A stretch of DNA of 63,942 bases, filler included, from Asterionella formosa (taxonomy: Eukaryota), in assembly GCA_002256025.1 (NCBI GenBank). It is 8 parts of 8 records of this genome, joined end to end, with 100 filler letters (N's around TTAATTAATTAA, not from the genome) between each part and the next. Parts side by side here need not be neighbours in the genome. Positions count along the whole stretch, not along the records: positions 33,684 to 41,981 come from NKIB01012281.1; positions 42,082 to 50,372 come from NKIB01012283.1; 6 more parts are not named here. One strand, 5' to 3'. Made by a program: the position numbers and the translations under genes. Below the pieces are notes generated by a model, which saw nothing but the letters and a program-made list of their open reading frames with translations, did not search any database and had not been told where the DNA came from. The stretch's first letter is position 1; each line of letters opens with the position of its first letter. This document shows positions 35,302-49,100 of this stretch, piece by piece.

Positions 35302-36113
35302 GTTGTTATTCCTTGGAAGTATGATTGGTTGACTTATGTACTTAGATGAAAAGTAGTCGAGAGGAACAGTAACAAGTCGCGAGAGAGAATGGAATGGGAT
35401 TCGATGTTGTGTGTCAACACTATTAATTTAAGTTCAAAGAAGAAACAGAAACGACACCATCACATGCCTTTACATGAGGCGATGCGATTCTCGAGGAAAC
35501 TCGATGGTTGATGAGTTCCACGCGGAAAATCTCGATGCACTGACTGATGTGATCACTCCTCGGCAGCATTTACGTCTAGCCTCCACCACAACACGCCAAT
35601 ATGTACATACATACCAGGACACATATCGAGAACATCTTACATACCAAATGGACAAAGTACCTGGTACCAGTAGACCTATGTGCTGGTACGTTCCATGAGA
35701 ATAATTCAAATTGTCTTTTTTAATCTCATCTGTTCTTCCATCACTGTGGAACATTGCCTTATCTTACCAGATAGCTAAATGTGGCTTCACAGTATTCTTC
35801 CCAACACTCTCCATTGTACCAGAAACTGCAACACCCTGATTCCCTTGACATATCATTCTCCAATCTGGTATCAGACCAACCAACTCCATTCAGAACGAAG
35901 TAAACTCCAATATCTTTCTTGCAGGCAAGGCGTTGAACCACAATTCCAAAAGCAATCCAGATTGGTATTTTACAGCATGCTTTAACTCCATTTACATAAA
36001 AGTCCATTATCCTTTTGAAAACATGGTTTTTAAAATGAAATTTACTTTAGTCTTGCAAAAGTTGTATATCATAAATGTATGTGTGTGCAGTCAAGAAAAT
36101 GACATGGAATTTG

Positions 36114-37082
36114 TCACGTAATAGTGCTTCCCTCTTCACCTTGACGCCATACTTTGGACAAATACAATCCACGCGATGGTGCAGAAGCTGGTACTTTGTA
36201 CTCCATTCCTTGAAGGATGGAATGGACCATATCTGGATCCCAAGTACCTTCGCCAATAAGACGTAATATTGCCACCATACGACGAACTTGATGTTGAAGG
36301 AAACCATTGGCTTCGAATTCAATGACCAAAAATTCGTCCTTTGCAGTATCATTGCCGATATCAAGGTTGGCAAGGTTTTGAAACATTGGCAACTCCGTTT
36401 TGAAATCAATCACTTTATGAATCATGGATTTGGATATGGTTCGAATAGTATTGGTTCGTTTGGCTTCATTCGATACATATTGAAAATCATGTGTTCCATG
36501 AAAATAGCTTAGAGCAACACGAATGGCCTCCACGTTAAGTTTCTTTGGAACATACCAGGAATAGTGTCTCAAAAGTGGAATGCCATGTTCTTGTTTGTTG
36601 TTTGCACCGCTATTGCGAAGTGCGGTGGTGATGCAAGTGTTTGGCTGATGAATTAGGTAAACATATCTCTTTTTGACAAATATTTGACGCAAATTCGAAG
36701 GAACAGATACACAATCCAATACATGAATTTCCTTGGGTTGCAGAATTTGATTGAGGTTGGATAGAAATGCATCATTCAAGAACCTTTGATTGGGAAGTCG
36801 AAATGCACATTGTTGATCAAGAGCATGTGTTCCCTTGTCGGTACGTCCAGACACTTGAACACAAACAACTCCCTCGCTGCTACTACAGCACAGTTGCGAG
36901 AGGGCCCCTTCCAAGGTGGCTTGCACAGATGACAATCGAACAACATTGGCACCAATTTTGCCCTGCCGTTGCCACCCACCATAGTTCCTGCCGTTGTATT
37001 CAACCCGTAGTAGCGCGAAGAAGTAGTCATTGGTATTGGCGTCATCAATATATGATGATGAACTATGCATCGGCATTGTCAT
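36114..37082 (-). CDS. truA: tRNA pseudouridine synthase, TruA family (start uncertain; the frame is open to 37304)
   Basis: 'VEYNGRNYGGWQRQ', 'SGRTDKGTHALDQ', 'GTHDF', 'ANGFLQHQVRRMV' and 'APSRGLYL'. Confidence 0.92.
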   Translation of the reverse strand: MTMPMHSSSSYIDDANTNDYFFALLRVEYNGRNYGGWQRQGKIGANVVRLSSVQATLEGALSQLCCSSSEGVVCVQVSGRTDKGTHALDQQCAFRLPNQRFLNDAFLSNLNQILQPKEIHVLDCVSVPSNLRQIFVKKRYVYLIHQPNTCITTALRNSGANNKQEHGIPLLRHYSWYVPKKLNVEAIRVALSYFHGTHDFQYVSNEAKRTNTIRTISKSMIHKVIDFKTELPMFQNLANLDIGNDTAKDEFLVIEFEANGFLQHQVRRMVAILRLIGEGTWDPDMVHSILQGMEYKVPASAPSRGLYLSKVWRQGEEGSTIT

Positions 37083-37766
37083 TCTCGAGATTTCATCGGT
37101 ATCATGATCATGTTGGCGATTGAAAACAAATAATGTCCGGTAATGAGAACAAGACCAGAGTTCTTCACGACGAAATATTACGGCGCACGCGATCACAAGT
37201 GCAAATTTGATTATAATCAGAATTGAATACCGGTATATAGATTGAATAGATTTTTTTATGAGGATATGTATACATTGGTATGTTGTCCATTTTTTGCTTA
37301 CCACTACATATATGTAGCAGCTATTCCATTTGATATATAGGCAGCCAGATGCTTGGATGTGTATATGTACATACTAACTACTGGTACCGGTACCTGGTAC
37401 CTGGTACCATCATACTATAAGCAGTGTTCGCAACGTGTAAGCTGTATTTCCCGTGCGTATTAACTATAATACGGTGGTATGTATTTATGTCAATAAAGCA
37501 GGTACGGGTATGTGGAATGATGTGAGTAAGCTAGGTAAGAGCAATATACCAGCTATGTATCTTTTTGGTGAGGAATAGCTTCCTCGTTTTGTCAATGCAT
37601 ATAATATTAGACAGCACTCATCCCATCAGGGACTGTGTCTACCTTTAATTTCTTTGGCCTAGAATGGGAACGATGAATTTCAAATGTACCTAATAAATAG
37701 ATATTAAAACTGGTTAAATATATTGCCAAGAATATCTTGAAGCAATCAAACGTTGTCCTTCATATT

Positions 37767-39098
37767 TTAGACCACCTCCTTTAATGACTTTTCGAAAATC
37801 CCCAAGCACATGTCAATCTCTTCCTCACTGACAGTCAAGGGTGGAATGAATCGCAACGTTGGATACACACTAGCAGGAAGAAGCAGCATTCCATTTTTCA
37901 AGCAAGCCAGAGAGAGCTTCTTGTTTGTTCCTGGAGCCACATCCTCCTGCAGTTCCAATCCAACCATGCAACCTGGGCCTCGAACATCACGAATGATATC
38001 ATATTGATGCTCCAAATCCTTCAATCCACTCCAAAGACGAGCACCTTGCTTCTTACAATTTTCTAGCAACCCTTCCTCTCTGATGACTCGCAGGGTAGCA
38101 AGGGCAGCAGCACAGGAAATAGCGTTCCCTGCATACGTACCCCCCATGGTTCCTGGCTCTTGTAGGTCAGTCAAGGCCGACCGTGATGCAATAGCACTCA
38201 ATGGAAAGCCAGACGCAAGTCCCTTTGCCATGACAAGAATATCAGGTTCAATGCCTTCATAATAATTGGCGGAAAACATATTCCCCGTCCGGCCAAACCC
38301 AGTTTGAACTTCATCAACGATCAAAAGGATCCCATGCTGGTCACAAATATTGCGCAAGCCTTGCAAAAATTCAGTAGGAACTGGCACATATCCTCCTTCC
38401 CCCAACACCGGTTCAATAATCATGGCAGCCACTTCCTCTGGGAGTGTTTGTTGTTTAAACATCATGTTCAAATCTGCCAAGCACTTGGTCGATGCAGTGG
38501 GTCCATCATGAAGTTCGTACGGGAATGACGATACAAATATGTTATTGGTGGCTGCCATTTTTTGACGATAAATCACAGACGATGTGGTTAATCCCATGGT
38601 CAAGTAGGTACGACCATGGTAAGCACCTTGGAAGCAAATAACGTTTGGTCGGCCAGTGGCATATTTTGCCAATTTGATTGCATTCTCGACAGCTTCAGCT
38701 CCAGTGGTGGAATAAAAGATGCGATCCAATGTTGTAGATGGCATCCATGGAACCAACGCTTCAGTCAAATCCAACATGGGCTGGTGGTATCCCAAATTCA
38801 CTTGAGCATGAATTATCTTGTCACATTGTGCTTTGGCAGCCTCCACAACCTTGGGGTGACAGTGACCGGTGTTCGTCACTCCAATTCCAGAGGTAAAGTC
38901 TAATAATGACTGACCACAAGCTGTATTGATAAATGTGCCTTTGCCATCGGTAAAGACTAGATTAGACAAACGACCAATACCTCGAAAGAGATTGTTGTGA
39001 CTCATTATATGTATCTTCTGTTTTGGGTTCAATCGAGAGCAATTTGCTATTTGTAGCGTTTCGATCCTCTGCGATGTGTTTATGACGCCGTGTTTCAA
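37767..39098 (-). CDS. Class III PLP aminotransferase, 4-aminobutyrate aminotransferase-like (first ATG at 39005; true start uncertain)
   Basis: 'DFTSGIGVTNTGHCHP', 'GAEAVENAIK', 'EPVLGEGGY', 'DEVQTGFGRTG' and 'MAKGLASGFPL'. Confidence 0.92.
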   Translation of the reverse strand: MKHGVINTSQRIETLQIANCSRLNPKQKIHIMSHNNLFRGIGRLSNLVFTDGKGTFINTACGQSLLDFTSGIGVTNTGHCHPKVVEAAKAQCDKIIHAQVNLGYHQPMLDLTEALVPWMPSTTLDRIFYSTTGAEAVENAIKLAKYATGRPNVICFQGAYHGRTYLTMGLTTSSVIYRQKMAATNNIFVSSFPYELHDGPTASTKCLADLNMMFKQQTLPEEVAAMIIEPVLGEGGYVPVPTEFLQGLRNICDQHGILLIVDEVQTGFGRTGNMFSANYYEGIEPDILVMAKGLASGFPLSAIASRSALTDLQEPGTMGGTYAGNAISCAAALATLRVIREEGLLENCKKQGARLWSGLKDLEHQYDIIRDVRGPGCMVGLELQEDVAPGTNKKLSLACLKNGMLLLPASVYPTLRFIPPLTVSEEEIDMCLGIFEKSLKEVV

Positions 39099-40716
39099 TA
39101 GAAATTATAAAAAGCAGAGTCAAAATGCCAATATCTCTCGTTATTACACAAGAGAGAAAGCCACAGGTAGTCTTATACTGTGCCTCACTGATGTTTGGAG
39201 CACAATAATGGGGCGTGTGCGTTTTGCTGCTATAGATGTTGCAACGAATGAATTGCTTGTGACTTGCTGTGATGCTATGAATGACGAGCGATAACTATCG
39301 TGCAGCACGAGGAACAAGAAGCATTTCGATGGGTTATTTTTTTAGGGTTCTCATCATTGTGATGTTTTTGATCTTCCTGCTTCGCTCGTCCTCGTCGCAT
39401 CGTCGTCAATTAGCACGACTACCCTGGTAACGTAGTATCTCGGTATACACATGAACTATTGTTATTTACTGATGAGTAGATTTCTTGCTGCTTGCTGAAG
39501 GCAGTAACATACTTACTATACTACCGGTACTGTGGAACCAGACCGGTTTTTCATGAGAATAAGATACCGGTATTTTAACTACGATGTCATTTTTATTCTT
39601 GTGTGGCTACATAAAGTAGAAACACCCGGATGTAAACGTACCGCCCGTTAGTTTCATCGTGATGAAGCTATTATATATATATATATATATATTAAGAGTA
39701 TTGTCGCCACCATGATGAGCCTGATTCAAGCGACAGTAACTCTTCTGCTAACAGGGGTGTTTTGCTCCGCTTTTCCACAGTGCTTTTGACCTAGAAATCC
39801 ATCCACGTCGTGCCAAGAGTGAGACTATTTATTCTACAGAAGGAAATCAAAGAGTTGTCTATCAATCATTGAATGCAGCTACTATCGTATCGGAAAACAA
39901 CAAAAATCGCCAATCAACAGGTTGAAAGCGTCCACTTTGTCCAACAATCCAACCAGTGCATTCATGGAACTTTCACCCAATAAAGCATCCAACGCCATCA
40001 TGTTATAAGAGCCGCAACAGGCAATGATATCTATGAAATCAAGAAAAGACTGCTTTCACAAAGCGCCCACTACAAGCAACAACCAACAAGCTCACACATA
40101 AGGAGGACTGCAGTGGCTGCTTACCAGTGTCATCAAAAAACTTGGGGAAACTAACGAAAAAAGTGTTAGCTTTAACAACTAGCCTGGAAAACTGGAAAAT
40201 GCTGACTACGGGCATTGTTGCATATGGTATGAATCATGTCACTACTAGGTATCTTGCATGTATGAATTTGGAAAGCTGCCATCCACAAAGCTTGGGACAA
40301 CATGCAATAAACTCCCATGCACATGTGTGCATAACAAATGTATCCCTTTGGGGTCAGTATTGGTGTTGATAGGTACCACTCCAGCTAATGTCATCTTGTC
40401 AAGCAGCAGAAACAACAAGCAATCCTTATGTTATTGGGACTTTGTGATAATGAAAACTGATGATGAGAATGGCAGGTAACTGATGATCTATTATAACAAG
40501 GAGAACCAATATTAAACTAAGTGCATTAATAGAAAAGCATTGATAATGTTCTAGTATACCGCTGAAATGTAATGAAGTTTCCAAATGTCCAAGGTGGCCC
40601 ATTCTAGTGCAGGGGTCTATTGCAGTAATCTTTTATTGAGTGATCAGGTGTTCCTTTGCTCAAAATGCCAACCTTTTAAGGTGCAATCATATGTTATATT
40701 TTTTCTTTTTTGAAAC

Positions 40717-41967
40717 TTATGCCATTGTTGCTGCACCCTCCAAAAAATAGGGATTGCTAGACCCCAGATCAGATCCATTCCATCGTTGTACCATGCTCTT
40801 TATATTCATAAAACCTCGTGCAATCCAATAGTCACTCGGTTGCTGTTTGGGTACTTCTCCAGGTAAAAGAATAATTTTCTCATGAGCAATATCTGGAATC
40901 ACATGGCATCGTTCTGCCAACATTGCTGTTGCCACATCCATTTGATTCACAGGCCACAGAGTGGCAAGTTCCTGAACAGCACATGATAGAAACACCTTGC
41001 TCACCCAGAAGATACCTCCTTTGCAATATGGTGGAATGTTTTTAAAGGGGTAGTTTGGTATGGATAACTTGGATGATGGCGTTGTCTCTCTTGTACACCT
41101 GCCCCACAGGTGCATATTTTCATCCAAGTAATCAGCTTCCCCAGTATTTCGTTTGAATAAGTTCAATCCATTTTCAAATTTGGTAATGTTCACAAAGGTG
41201 TCATCAAAAATGGTAATGCCAACTCTAAATCCAGATATATGGTGGAGCAGGACGTAATAGGAAAATAGAAGCTTGATGGTAGTGTCGGATGCAGCATTCG
41301 GAGTATGGATCCAAACAATGTCATTGTATCGATCGTATTCGTCTCGAACGTCGGCAAAGCGACCAGACACTACAAAAATAACATGTTCTGACTTTAATTG
41401 CTTCCATGTTTGTCGGATCCCATCCCGACGTGCCTTGCTGGTACTGATGACAACATATATAATGGCAGGTTGCTTCCAGTCGTTGTCTGAAATTCTCCAG
41501 AGGGCGTTCACATGTAGTTTGTAGAAATAGGAATGACAGCTGATAACGATGGAATCGTCATATTGTTCCTCCGGCAGGGGGTCTTGTATTTGAGTTTTAG
41601 TGCAATTTACAAAAGATCCAGTAGTGGACGGAATAGGAGCGACTGTCGCCCTCTTCTTGAGACTCGGAGCGACTGTCGCCCTCTTCTTGAGCATCATCTT
41701 TCGGGGGGGAATGGTCGCAATGGATAGATTCGAACGCCGCCTCCATCGTGCTGAATGCAACATGGTCAAAACGACTAGAATGGCAACCATTGCAAGACCT
41801 TTGCAAAGTGCCCTTTTGGAGACAACGTGAGATGATGCCATCCGGCGTGCTTGGAATTTGACTGCGGCGCACTTGCTGGTCACGAACAAGACCACTGACT
41901 TGGACATGATGGAACTCTTAAACAAGGCAGATTGCCCTCCTTTTGTTTGGAACGTCGTAGCTGTCAT
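40717..41967 (-). CDS. GT31 (beta-1,3-galactosyltransferase-like) type II membrane protein, divergent
   Basis: TM helix, then 'RRDGIRQTW', 'EYDRYNDIV', 'DDTFVN', 'PPYCKG' and 'DVATAMLA'. A 27-bp tandem duplication (LKKRATVAP x2) lies at 41636-41692. Confidence 0.7.
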   Translation of the reverse strand: MTATTFQTKGGQSALFKSSIMSKSVVLFVTSKCAAVKFQARRMASSHVVSKRALCKGLAMVAILVVLTMLHSARWRRRSNLSIATIPPRKMMLKKRATVAPSLKKRATVAPIPSTTGSFVNCTKTQIQDPLPEEQYDDSIVISCHSYFYKLHVNALWRISDNDWKQPAIIYVVISTSKARRDGIRQTWKQLKSEHVIFVVSGRFADVRDEYDRYNDIVWIHTPNAASDTTIKLLFSYYVLLHHISGFRVGITIFDDTFVNITKFENGLNLFKRNTGEADYLDENMHLWGRCTRETTPSSKLSIPNYPFKNIPPYCKGGIFWVSKVFLSCAVQELATLWPVNQMDVATAMLAERCHVIPDIAHEKIILLPGEVPKQQPSDYWIARGFMNIKSMVQRWNGSDLGSSNPYFLEGAATMA

Positions 41968-42081
41968 GAATCATAAATATANNNNNNNNNNNNNNNNNNN
42001 NNNNNNNNNNNNNNNNNNNNNNNNNTTAATTAATTAANNNNNNNNNNNNNNNNNNNNNNNNNNNNNNNNNNNNNNNNNNNN

Positions 42082-45000
42082 TGGCGCGCGGAAAAGGCCA
42101 AAAGGAAAGGCACACATCATGTGCCACCGATGCCAAAAGAAGGGGCACTACGCTACGGAATGCGAGGAGCCTGCACCTGTCCCTAGGAATTTGACCACCA
42201 GTACTCCTCCCACAGCTGAAACAACATCAACCCAGTCCGCCACCACACTACTAATGGATGGTGTGCATGAGGGAGAATTCGAGGAAAATGTACACTTCCA
42301 ATTTCTAAATCAAGGAGGAGTGAGTCTGAAAATTGGGCCCGATGGAAGGCTACCACATACATGGATACTATTAGACAATCAGTCAACAGTTGATGTGTTC
42401 CATAACGCGGAACTCCTACGCAACATCCGTGTCCACACCAGTAAGATGGATATCCACTGCAACGTTGGTATAATCAGCACCCAACTCATAGGAGACCTTC
42501 ATGGATATGGAACAGTATGGTACAACCCAAAGGGAATCGCGAACATCCTGTCCCTCGCATGTGTCAAGGAGCATGGATACAGGGTAACATTTGATAGCAG
42601 CCAGGGCAATGCATTCCATGTTCACAAACCTGACGGAACCTATAGAGTGTTCAAAGAATCAATGAAAGGCCTATACTACATGGATACAAAGGATGGCTCT
42701 GGAGTCACACTTATCAATACGGTAGACGATAACCGTACTAGCTACTCCCAATGTGACTACTCACAAGCTGTGCTACTAGCCCAAAAGATACAGAAGATTA
42801 TTGGACGTCCTAGTACCCGCACATTCATCAAGATTGTCGAGAACAACCTGTTCCCAAACTGCCCAATCACACGCAATGACATTATAGCGGCAGAACGAAT
42901 CTTCGGACCCGATGTGGGCTCGCTAAAAGGGAAAACAGTGCACCGTAGTTCAGTGCCAGTGAGGACCAACTCTACCACCATACCCGCCGGGATTATCGAT
43001 AAGTACCGTGTTGTGAAACTTGCAGGTGACATCATGTTTGTCAACAGTATGCCCTTCCTTGTCACCATATCAAGACACATCAAATTTAGCACATATGAGC
43101 TCCTCGAAAACCAACGGCTACCAACAATAATCAAGGCCATTGACAATGTGCGCAAACTCTACATAAAAAGAGGTTTCCACATCGAAACAATCATCATGGA
43201 TGGACAATTTGACGGACTGCGGGCCAACTTAGCCGAAATGGGAATGACACTCAACAGTTCTGCAAATGATGAGCATGTCCCTGAGGTTGAACGTCACATT
43301 CGCACACTTAAAGAACGAGTGCGATGTGTCTACAACATGTTACCATTTGCCAAAATGCCAGCTCGTATGATTATCGAGCTTGTATATTATTGTGGGTTCT
43401 GGCTAAACAGTTTCCCAGCCCACGGTGGAATATCTCCCACTCTCAGTCCACGCACTATAATTGCAGGCATGACCATTGACTACAACCATCACTGTAAACT
43501 TGAGTTTGGAACATACGCACAAGTCCACGAGGAACACGATAACAGCATGACTGCACGCACAGTTGGGCCATTGCCCTACGCCCAACAGGGAACCACCAGG
43601 GAGGGCACTTCTTTTTCAGCCTAAGCACAGGTCGCGTCCTAAACCGCAGCCATTGGACTGTGCTGCCAATGCCCACTGATGTTATCGATCGCGTTCACAA
43701 AATGTCACGTCGGGATGAAACTGAAGTCACCCTATACTTTGCCACAAAACGCGGTCAGATTGAAGATGAGATGCATGACGATGACACCTTTGATTCAGCC
43801 AACAATGACAATACTGACGAAGATGATGACGACAACGCAATAGCGATGTAGAAGGTAGCGACGAATCCATTCCCGAAGATAGCGATGTAGAAGATGGAGA
43901 CGAATATGATCTCGAAGCCACGGAACCAGGCAACGAACTAAACGAAAACACTGCCGAACTCAACGATGAAGAAGAACAAGTCGACAAGGAACCCAACCCG
44001 CCTGATAATGATGAACCAAGAGCTGACAACAGCGATGTAGAGGCAACGGAATAAACGAAAACACTGCCGAACCCAACAATGAAGAAGAGGCCGACGAGGA
44101 ACCCAGTATCGAACAACGGATTCAACAAATGGACGCGGCACATGGCCAGAGACAACACCAATACGATCTACGGGCTTGCAAGCCTCGCGACTATAGTCAC
44201 CTACACGTCACACTAGAAGGCACCGTCATGACCCAACACAACATAGAGAAAGGGCTACAAGTATTTGGCGAAGCCGGTGTGGAGGCTGTGCTTAAGGAAT
44301 TGAACCAACTACATGAACGTGGAGTACTCAAACCTACAAAAAACTATCACATGAGCAGCGCACGGATGCACTACAATACCTCATGTTTTTGAATCAAAAA
44401 CGCAATGGAACAATCAAGGGCCGTGGTTGTGCTGATGGTCGGAAGCAACGTCAGTACACAACTAAGGAAGAAGCTAGCTCTCCAACTGTTGCAATTGAAT
44501 CAGTCATGCTATCATGCGTGCTTGATGCGCTAGAAGAGCGAGACGTAGCCGCGGTTGATATTCCTGGCGCATTTATGCAAGCTGACATGGATGATCTAGT
44601 TCAAATGAAGCTTGAAGGAAAAGTGGCTGAGCTCCTGGTGCGCATTGACCAAAAATTATATCGCGAACATATACAAATCGAACGAGGAAAACAAGTGCTA
44701 TACGTTGAACTAAAAAAGGCGCTGTATGGGACCCTCAAGGCGGCACTACTGTTCTGGAGACGACTCAGCTCGCAGCTTGGCAAATGGGAATTTGAGCTAA
44801 ACCCATATGACTCATGTGTGATGAACAAAGTCATTGATGGAAAGCAATGCACAATATTATGGCACGTCGATGATCTCAAAATATCGCATGTGGATGCTGC
44901 TGTTGTCACTAAGGTAATTGACCTACTCGAGACCGAATTTGGAGTCGCAGCACCACTCACAAAAACGCGTGGAAAGGTCCATGAATATCTTGGAATGACT

Positions 45001-46155
45001 ATCAACTTCAATGAAAAAGGTAAAGTTCAATTCACAATGATTGACTACATCAAAGAGATGATGAATGACTTGCCACCAGACATGGATGGAACTGCACCAA
45101 ATCCGGCTGGAAAGCACCTATTCGATGTTAATGACAAAACCACTAAACTGGATGTAAAAACGGCTGAGCCATACCATCACAACACTGCTAAGTTGCTGTT
45201 CCTATGCAAACGGGCACGTCCCGACATACAAACTGCGGTCGCATTCCTATGTACTAGGGTTAAAAGTCCAGACGAAGACGACTACAAGAAGTTGACTTGC
45301 ACCATAAGGTACCTACGTGGATCGATCAACATGCCCCTCACCCTTGAGGCAAACAACACGCGAGTTATCAAATGGTGGGTGGATGCATCATTTGCGGTTC
45401 ACCCAGACATGCGAAGTCATACAGGTGGTGCAATGTCAATGGGCAAAGGCATCATTTATGGCACATCCACACGACAAAAGCTAAACACAAAAAGCTCAAC
45501 TGAAGGGGAATTGGTCGGTATCAATGATGTCATGCCCCAGGTATTATGGACCAGGTATTTTCTGGAAGCACAGGGGTATGATGTACAGGAATCTATCATA
45601 TATCAAGATAACCAAAGCACTATGCTGCTGGCAATGAATGGAACAGCTTCAAGCAGCCGTCGAACACGTCATATTAATATTCGATATTTCTTTGTGGCAG
45701 ACCGGGTCGCATCAGGGGAAGTGAAAATAGAATACTGCCCAACTGCGCAAATGTTAGCCGACTATTTTACAAAGCCCTTGCAGGGGAATCTATTCCGGAC
45801 AATGCGGAACATGATCATGAATGTTAATTCTACATCAGACCACACTTATGCCATGCAGGATTATAGGAGTGTGTTGAATATGTGTAACGGACACGTCGGT
45901 AACAGTTACACCAATTACACCGATACTGACAGTGACCGCACCAACCATGCCAGCGCGCAAACTAACGAACAAGACTGGACTACAGTTGAATCAAGGCATT
46001 TCAGGATTAGAAATAGAGTGTCTGGTACCAGCGAAACTGGCTCACTTTAATTTAATTATTTGGTTTTATAAACGATACCATCCCGGTGTGCTTTTATCGT
46101 CGGATTCGTTGTTTTATGGACACGAAGACATATTGAGAACATTGTGGTTTCAACA
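42082..46155 (+). mobile_element. Ty1/copia (CoDi-like) LTR retrotransposon: Zn knuckle, protease, integrase, RT, RNase H and 3' LTR; frameshifted and 5'-truncated by the contig end
   Basis: 'CHRCQKKGHYATEC', 'LLDNQST', 'DIMFVN..DGQF..EHVPEVER', 'KALYG', 'WHVDD', 'WWVDAS' and 'ADYFTKPL', in PR-INT-RT-RH order. Frameshifts at about 43565 and 44345; stops in the acidic linker. Confidence 0.96.
45872..46155 (+). repeat. Probable 3' LTR
   Basis: AGGAG-TG precedes TGTTGAA...TTCAACA, a 7-bp terminal inverted repeat. Confidence 0.75.
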
Positions 46156-49100
46156 GGTATGATCTATATACAGATATGGTAAGGACCTCATTTTCTGGAG
46201 AGAAGTGGCAGTTATCCCTCTTGGAATCGTATCTATCCAAAAAATAGTCAAAAAAGGGGGCAATCAAGCTTTTAAAAAAATCTACGAGGGATAACTGCCA
46301 CTTCTCTGCAGAAGTTAACTCCTGACAATATGTTAAAGTGAGCTCATCTACGTAGTTAGGACTCGGAGTCAAAAAATTCGAATGAGTCAACTTTGATGTA
46401 CCAAGCTCTCATTAACCACACATTATACCTTGTTACTCCGCCTATAATGAGCCAGATGATATACTAAGCTATTTCGGAAGACCGATAGTTTGAAAATGAA
46501 TGATCATGGTTAAAAACCTATGATCAGTAAGTGTGAGATAGACATGGGTCTATCTACGATTGTATGTTTCTAGAAATGCAAACAGCATTTGGAGAATAGT
46601 TCGTTTGTTTGTTCAAACAGAACAAGAACCTAAACTAGATTAGTAAACTCACAATAAGAATATAGAAACGGAAAGAGAAACGAACGTCTCTATCTATACC
46701 GGTAGTCTTCTTTGTCTAACGATATAGATCTATCAAAAAGGTAATACTTTAACAACAATATAGGGTACACGACTATCTCTTTCAATCTTCATGAAACCCT
46801 GTAGATCTAGAGCAATCCTCCTCCAAAAAGTCGACCCGATCGGCTTTTTCAACAGTCGCCTAAATATTGGAATCAGAATTTGTACGAGTGAAGGGGTTCT
46901 TGTAGACATAGGAGTCCTGCGTAGGTATATTTGCCTCCATAATTCTCTGTACGAAAAGACTCCATGGTAAGTTCCCGTGTCACTACACATATTCTGCTTC
47001 GTTGAATTGAGTTCTCTCACCTACTCCAGACTGGCCGGAGTTTCCCAATCTTGTAAAATTACGCCAGGCATACTTAAACCACATGTATTAGATGCATCAG
47101 TAATATCAGTACCAGTACCAGTAGTTTCATGTTGGACCCCCTGAACAAGAGGAGGAGGTGCTCTTGTGTTGCTGTTGTTGAATGGACATCATGAATTCGT
47201 CCTTCTCAAATGATCGGTAAGTCCACAATGGTTGCATTTCTTGGTGGCAGGAGGTTGAACACTTCCTTCGGTATCATCTGTGACTGCTATACATGATTTG
47301 TAAGTTCTTCTTCTTTTCTTGTTGGCCTTTTCTTGTTTAATAATTTCAAATCTTGAACTATGGATTACTTCGCTTTGTTTGCGTTCCTTTTTGGGTTTTT
47401 CTTGTATTCCGCATCATTTCTTCGCTTTTTCTGCCATTGACTCCAAAAGGTTTGTTGTTGGGTTGGCATTGTCATTCCCAATCTTTCATATACATCTGAC
47501 ATGTATTTATTAGCGCTTTTTGTCTGTTGTCCTGCCACTGATGCTACTCGATAGACCAGGCTTTGGGAGCCAGCAAACATTTTGTTTTTTGGACAACGCC
47601 TTGCAACAGCATTGTTCATTGCCTCATTCATTTGTGTATCAAATGGGTGATGTAATGCTTTGAGTTTCTCACCTTCCATCCTTTTTCCAACATTTTGAAT
47701 TAACCAATCGAACATTTTCTTGTTGTCTTCAATGTTCCAATATTTTCCAGTACTGACATTTTTATTTGCTTTTGCGGGACACCATTCCGGATTACAGTGC
47801 TCGTGACTGTCAAATAAGTGTTGGATTGGCGCCACTGATGCTGATTGGAAATCTTCAAACAATGTTTTATGTCGATTTTTTAATGAAACAACCATAATAG
47901 ATTTTCAGTCACCGGCAGTCCTGTTTTGTCAATCTCACATCGGATTTTGGGCCTCGAGACAGCAAGAAGCAGGGGCGTAGTAATACGCGAGCTCGGTGAG
48001 AGGGATCTGATTAAAAAACCGGTTCTTTGACTTGTAATGGGAGGCATCCATGGTTTGCCTTTTTTGCGCCATTGTTCTTTTTTGGCCATTCATACAATGG
48101 ATTTTGAAGTTGTAAATCCTTATAAGATCATTTGCAGTTAGCTCTTTAGTGGAATCGTCATCACAGATCATTGTAGTGTAGAAGACTTGATAGTTATTCA
48201 CTGCCTTGATCACCATTTCAACCCCAGCATCAGGTTCCATTGACTTGGAACTACCCAATTGGTGATTCTTAGGGCGTTCATGAGGCTCGGCTGACGTAAA
48301 CCGCCGGGCAGCATAGTCACAAGTGTTGCATACCTTAGATTTTACGCAGTAGTCCAGTATCTTTTTTGAATAGCCTCCAATACGAAAAGCATGCCCGCTA
48401 TTCGAATTATATTTATTACCACTGGAGCGCTGCTGCCAGCCCATATCAAAACTTACAGTAAGTCTTGGCATGTTCTCCGGGATCACGCGTGCTTTTTCGC
48501 TAAGATTTTTCCACCAAGAATAGTCTTTCCCAATATCAGACCAACAAACATGATGTTCATGTACATCCAGAGTAAGTCGTACCTCCTCGTTCATTGCCTC
48601 TCTCGTTGAATGTTTTGTTACATCGATTTCAGCTTCGCCTATTAATTGCTCCAGTTGATTGAACCTTCCCTTCCTACTCCAGAAACCACTCTGCAAAGGT
48701 AAGGAAAGGGATGAGCATATTATATCAGCATCAACCGGACCCATTCCTGCTTTGTGACAACCAAGAACGAACATGTTGTTGATTGCAAAGTGTCCCATTT
48801 GATTGCTTTTCTCATGCATTCCTTCTTTGATTTTAATTGTTCATTGCCTATGATTGCAATGTTTAAATATTCGAAATATTCATTGATAAGATTGAACATG
48901 ATAGAATATTTTCAAAAATGTAGCATCTTCATCAAGTCGAAGCTGAACCAAGTCTGTTTCCATGTAATGCTCAACTAACTCCTCCATCTTGTCCCATCGA
49001 CATTGACACTCTGGGCATGCAAAGTCACAGCATTCGCAGAAGATGCGATTCTCACACCAGCCTGCTACTTCTGATTCGTCAATGACACGATCAACACAAG

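Noticed and set aside
34807..39098. clpS-truA-aminotransferase as a bacterial operon or contaminant
   Set aside because: Long intergenic regions, a bipartite plastid presequence, a copia remnant and the host's TACCGGTA motifs on the same contig all indicate nuclear genes.
39700..40480. Possible pseudogene with a signal-peptide-like start
   Set aside because: Only short broken frames; no supportable assignment.
43820..44110. Direct repeats ('agcgatgtaga', 'aaacgaaaacactgccgaac') resembling an array
   Set aside because: These are ordinary acidic-linker duplications between copia integrase and RT.
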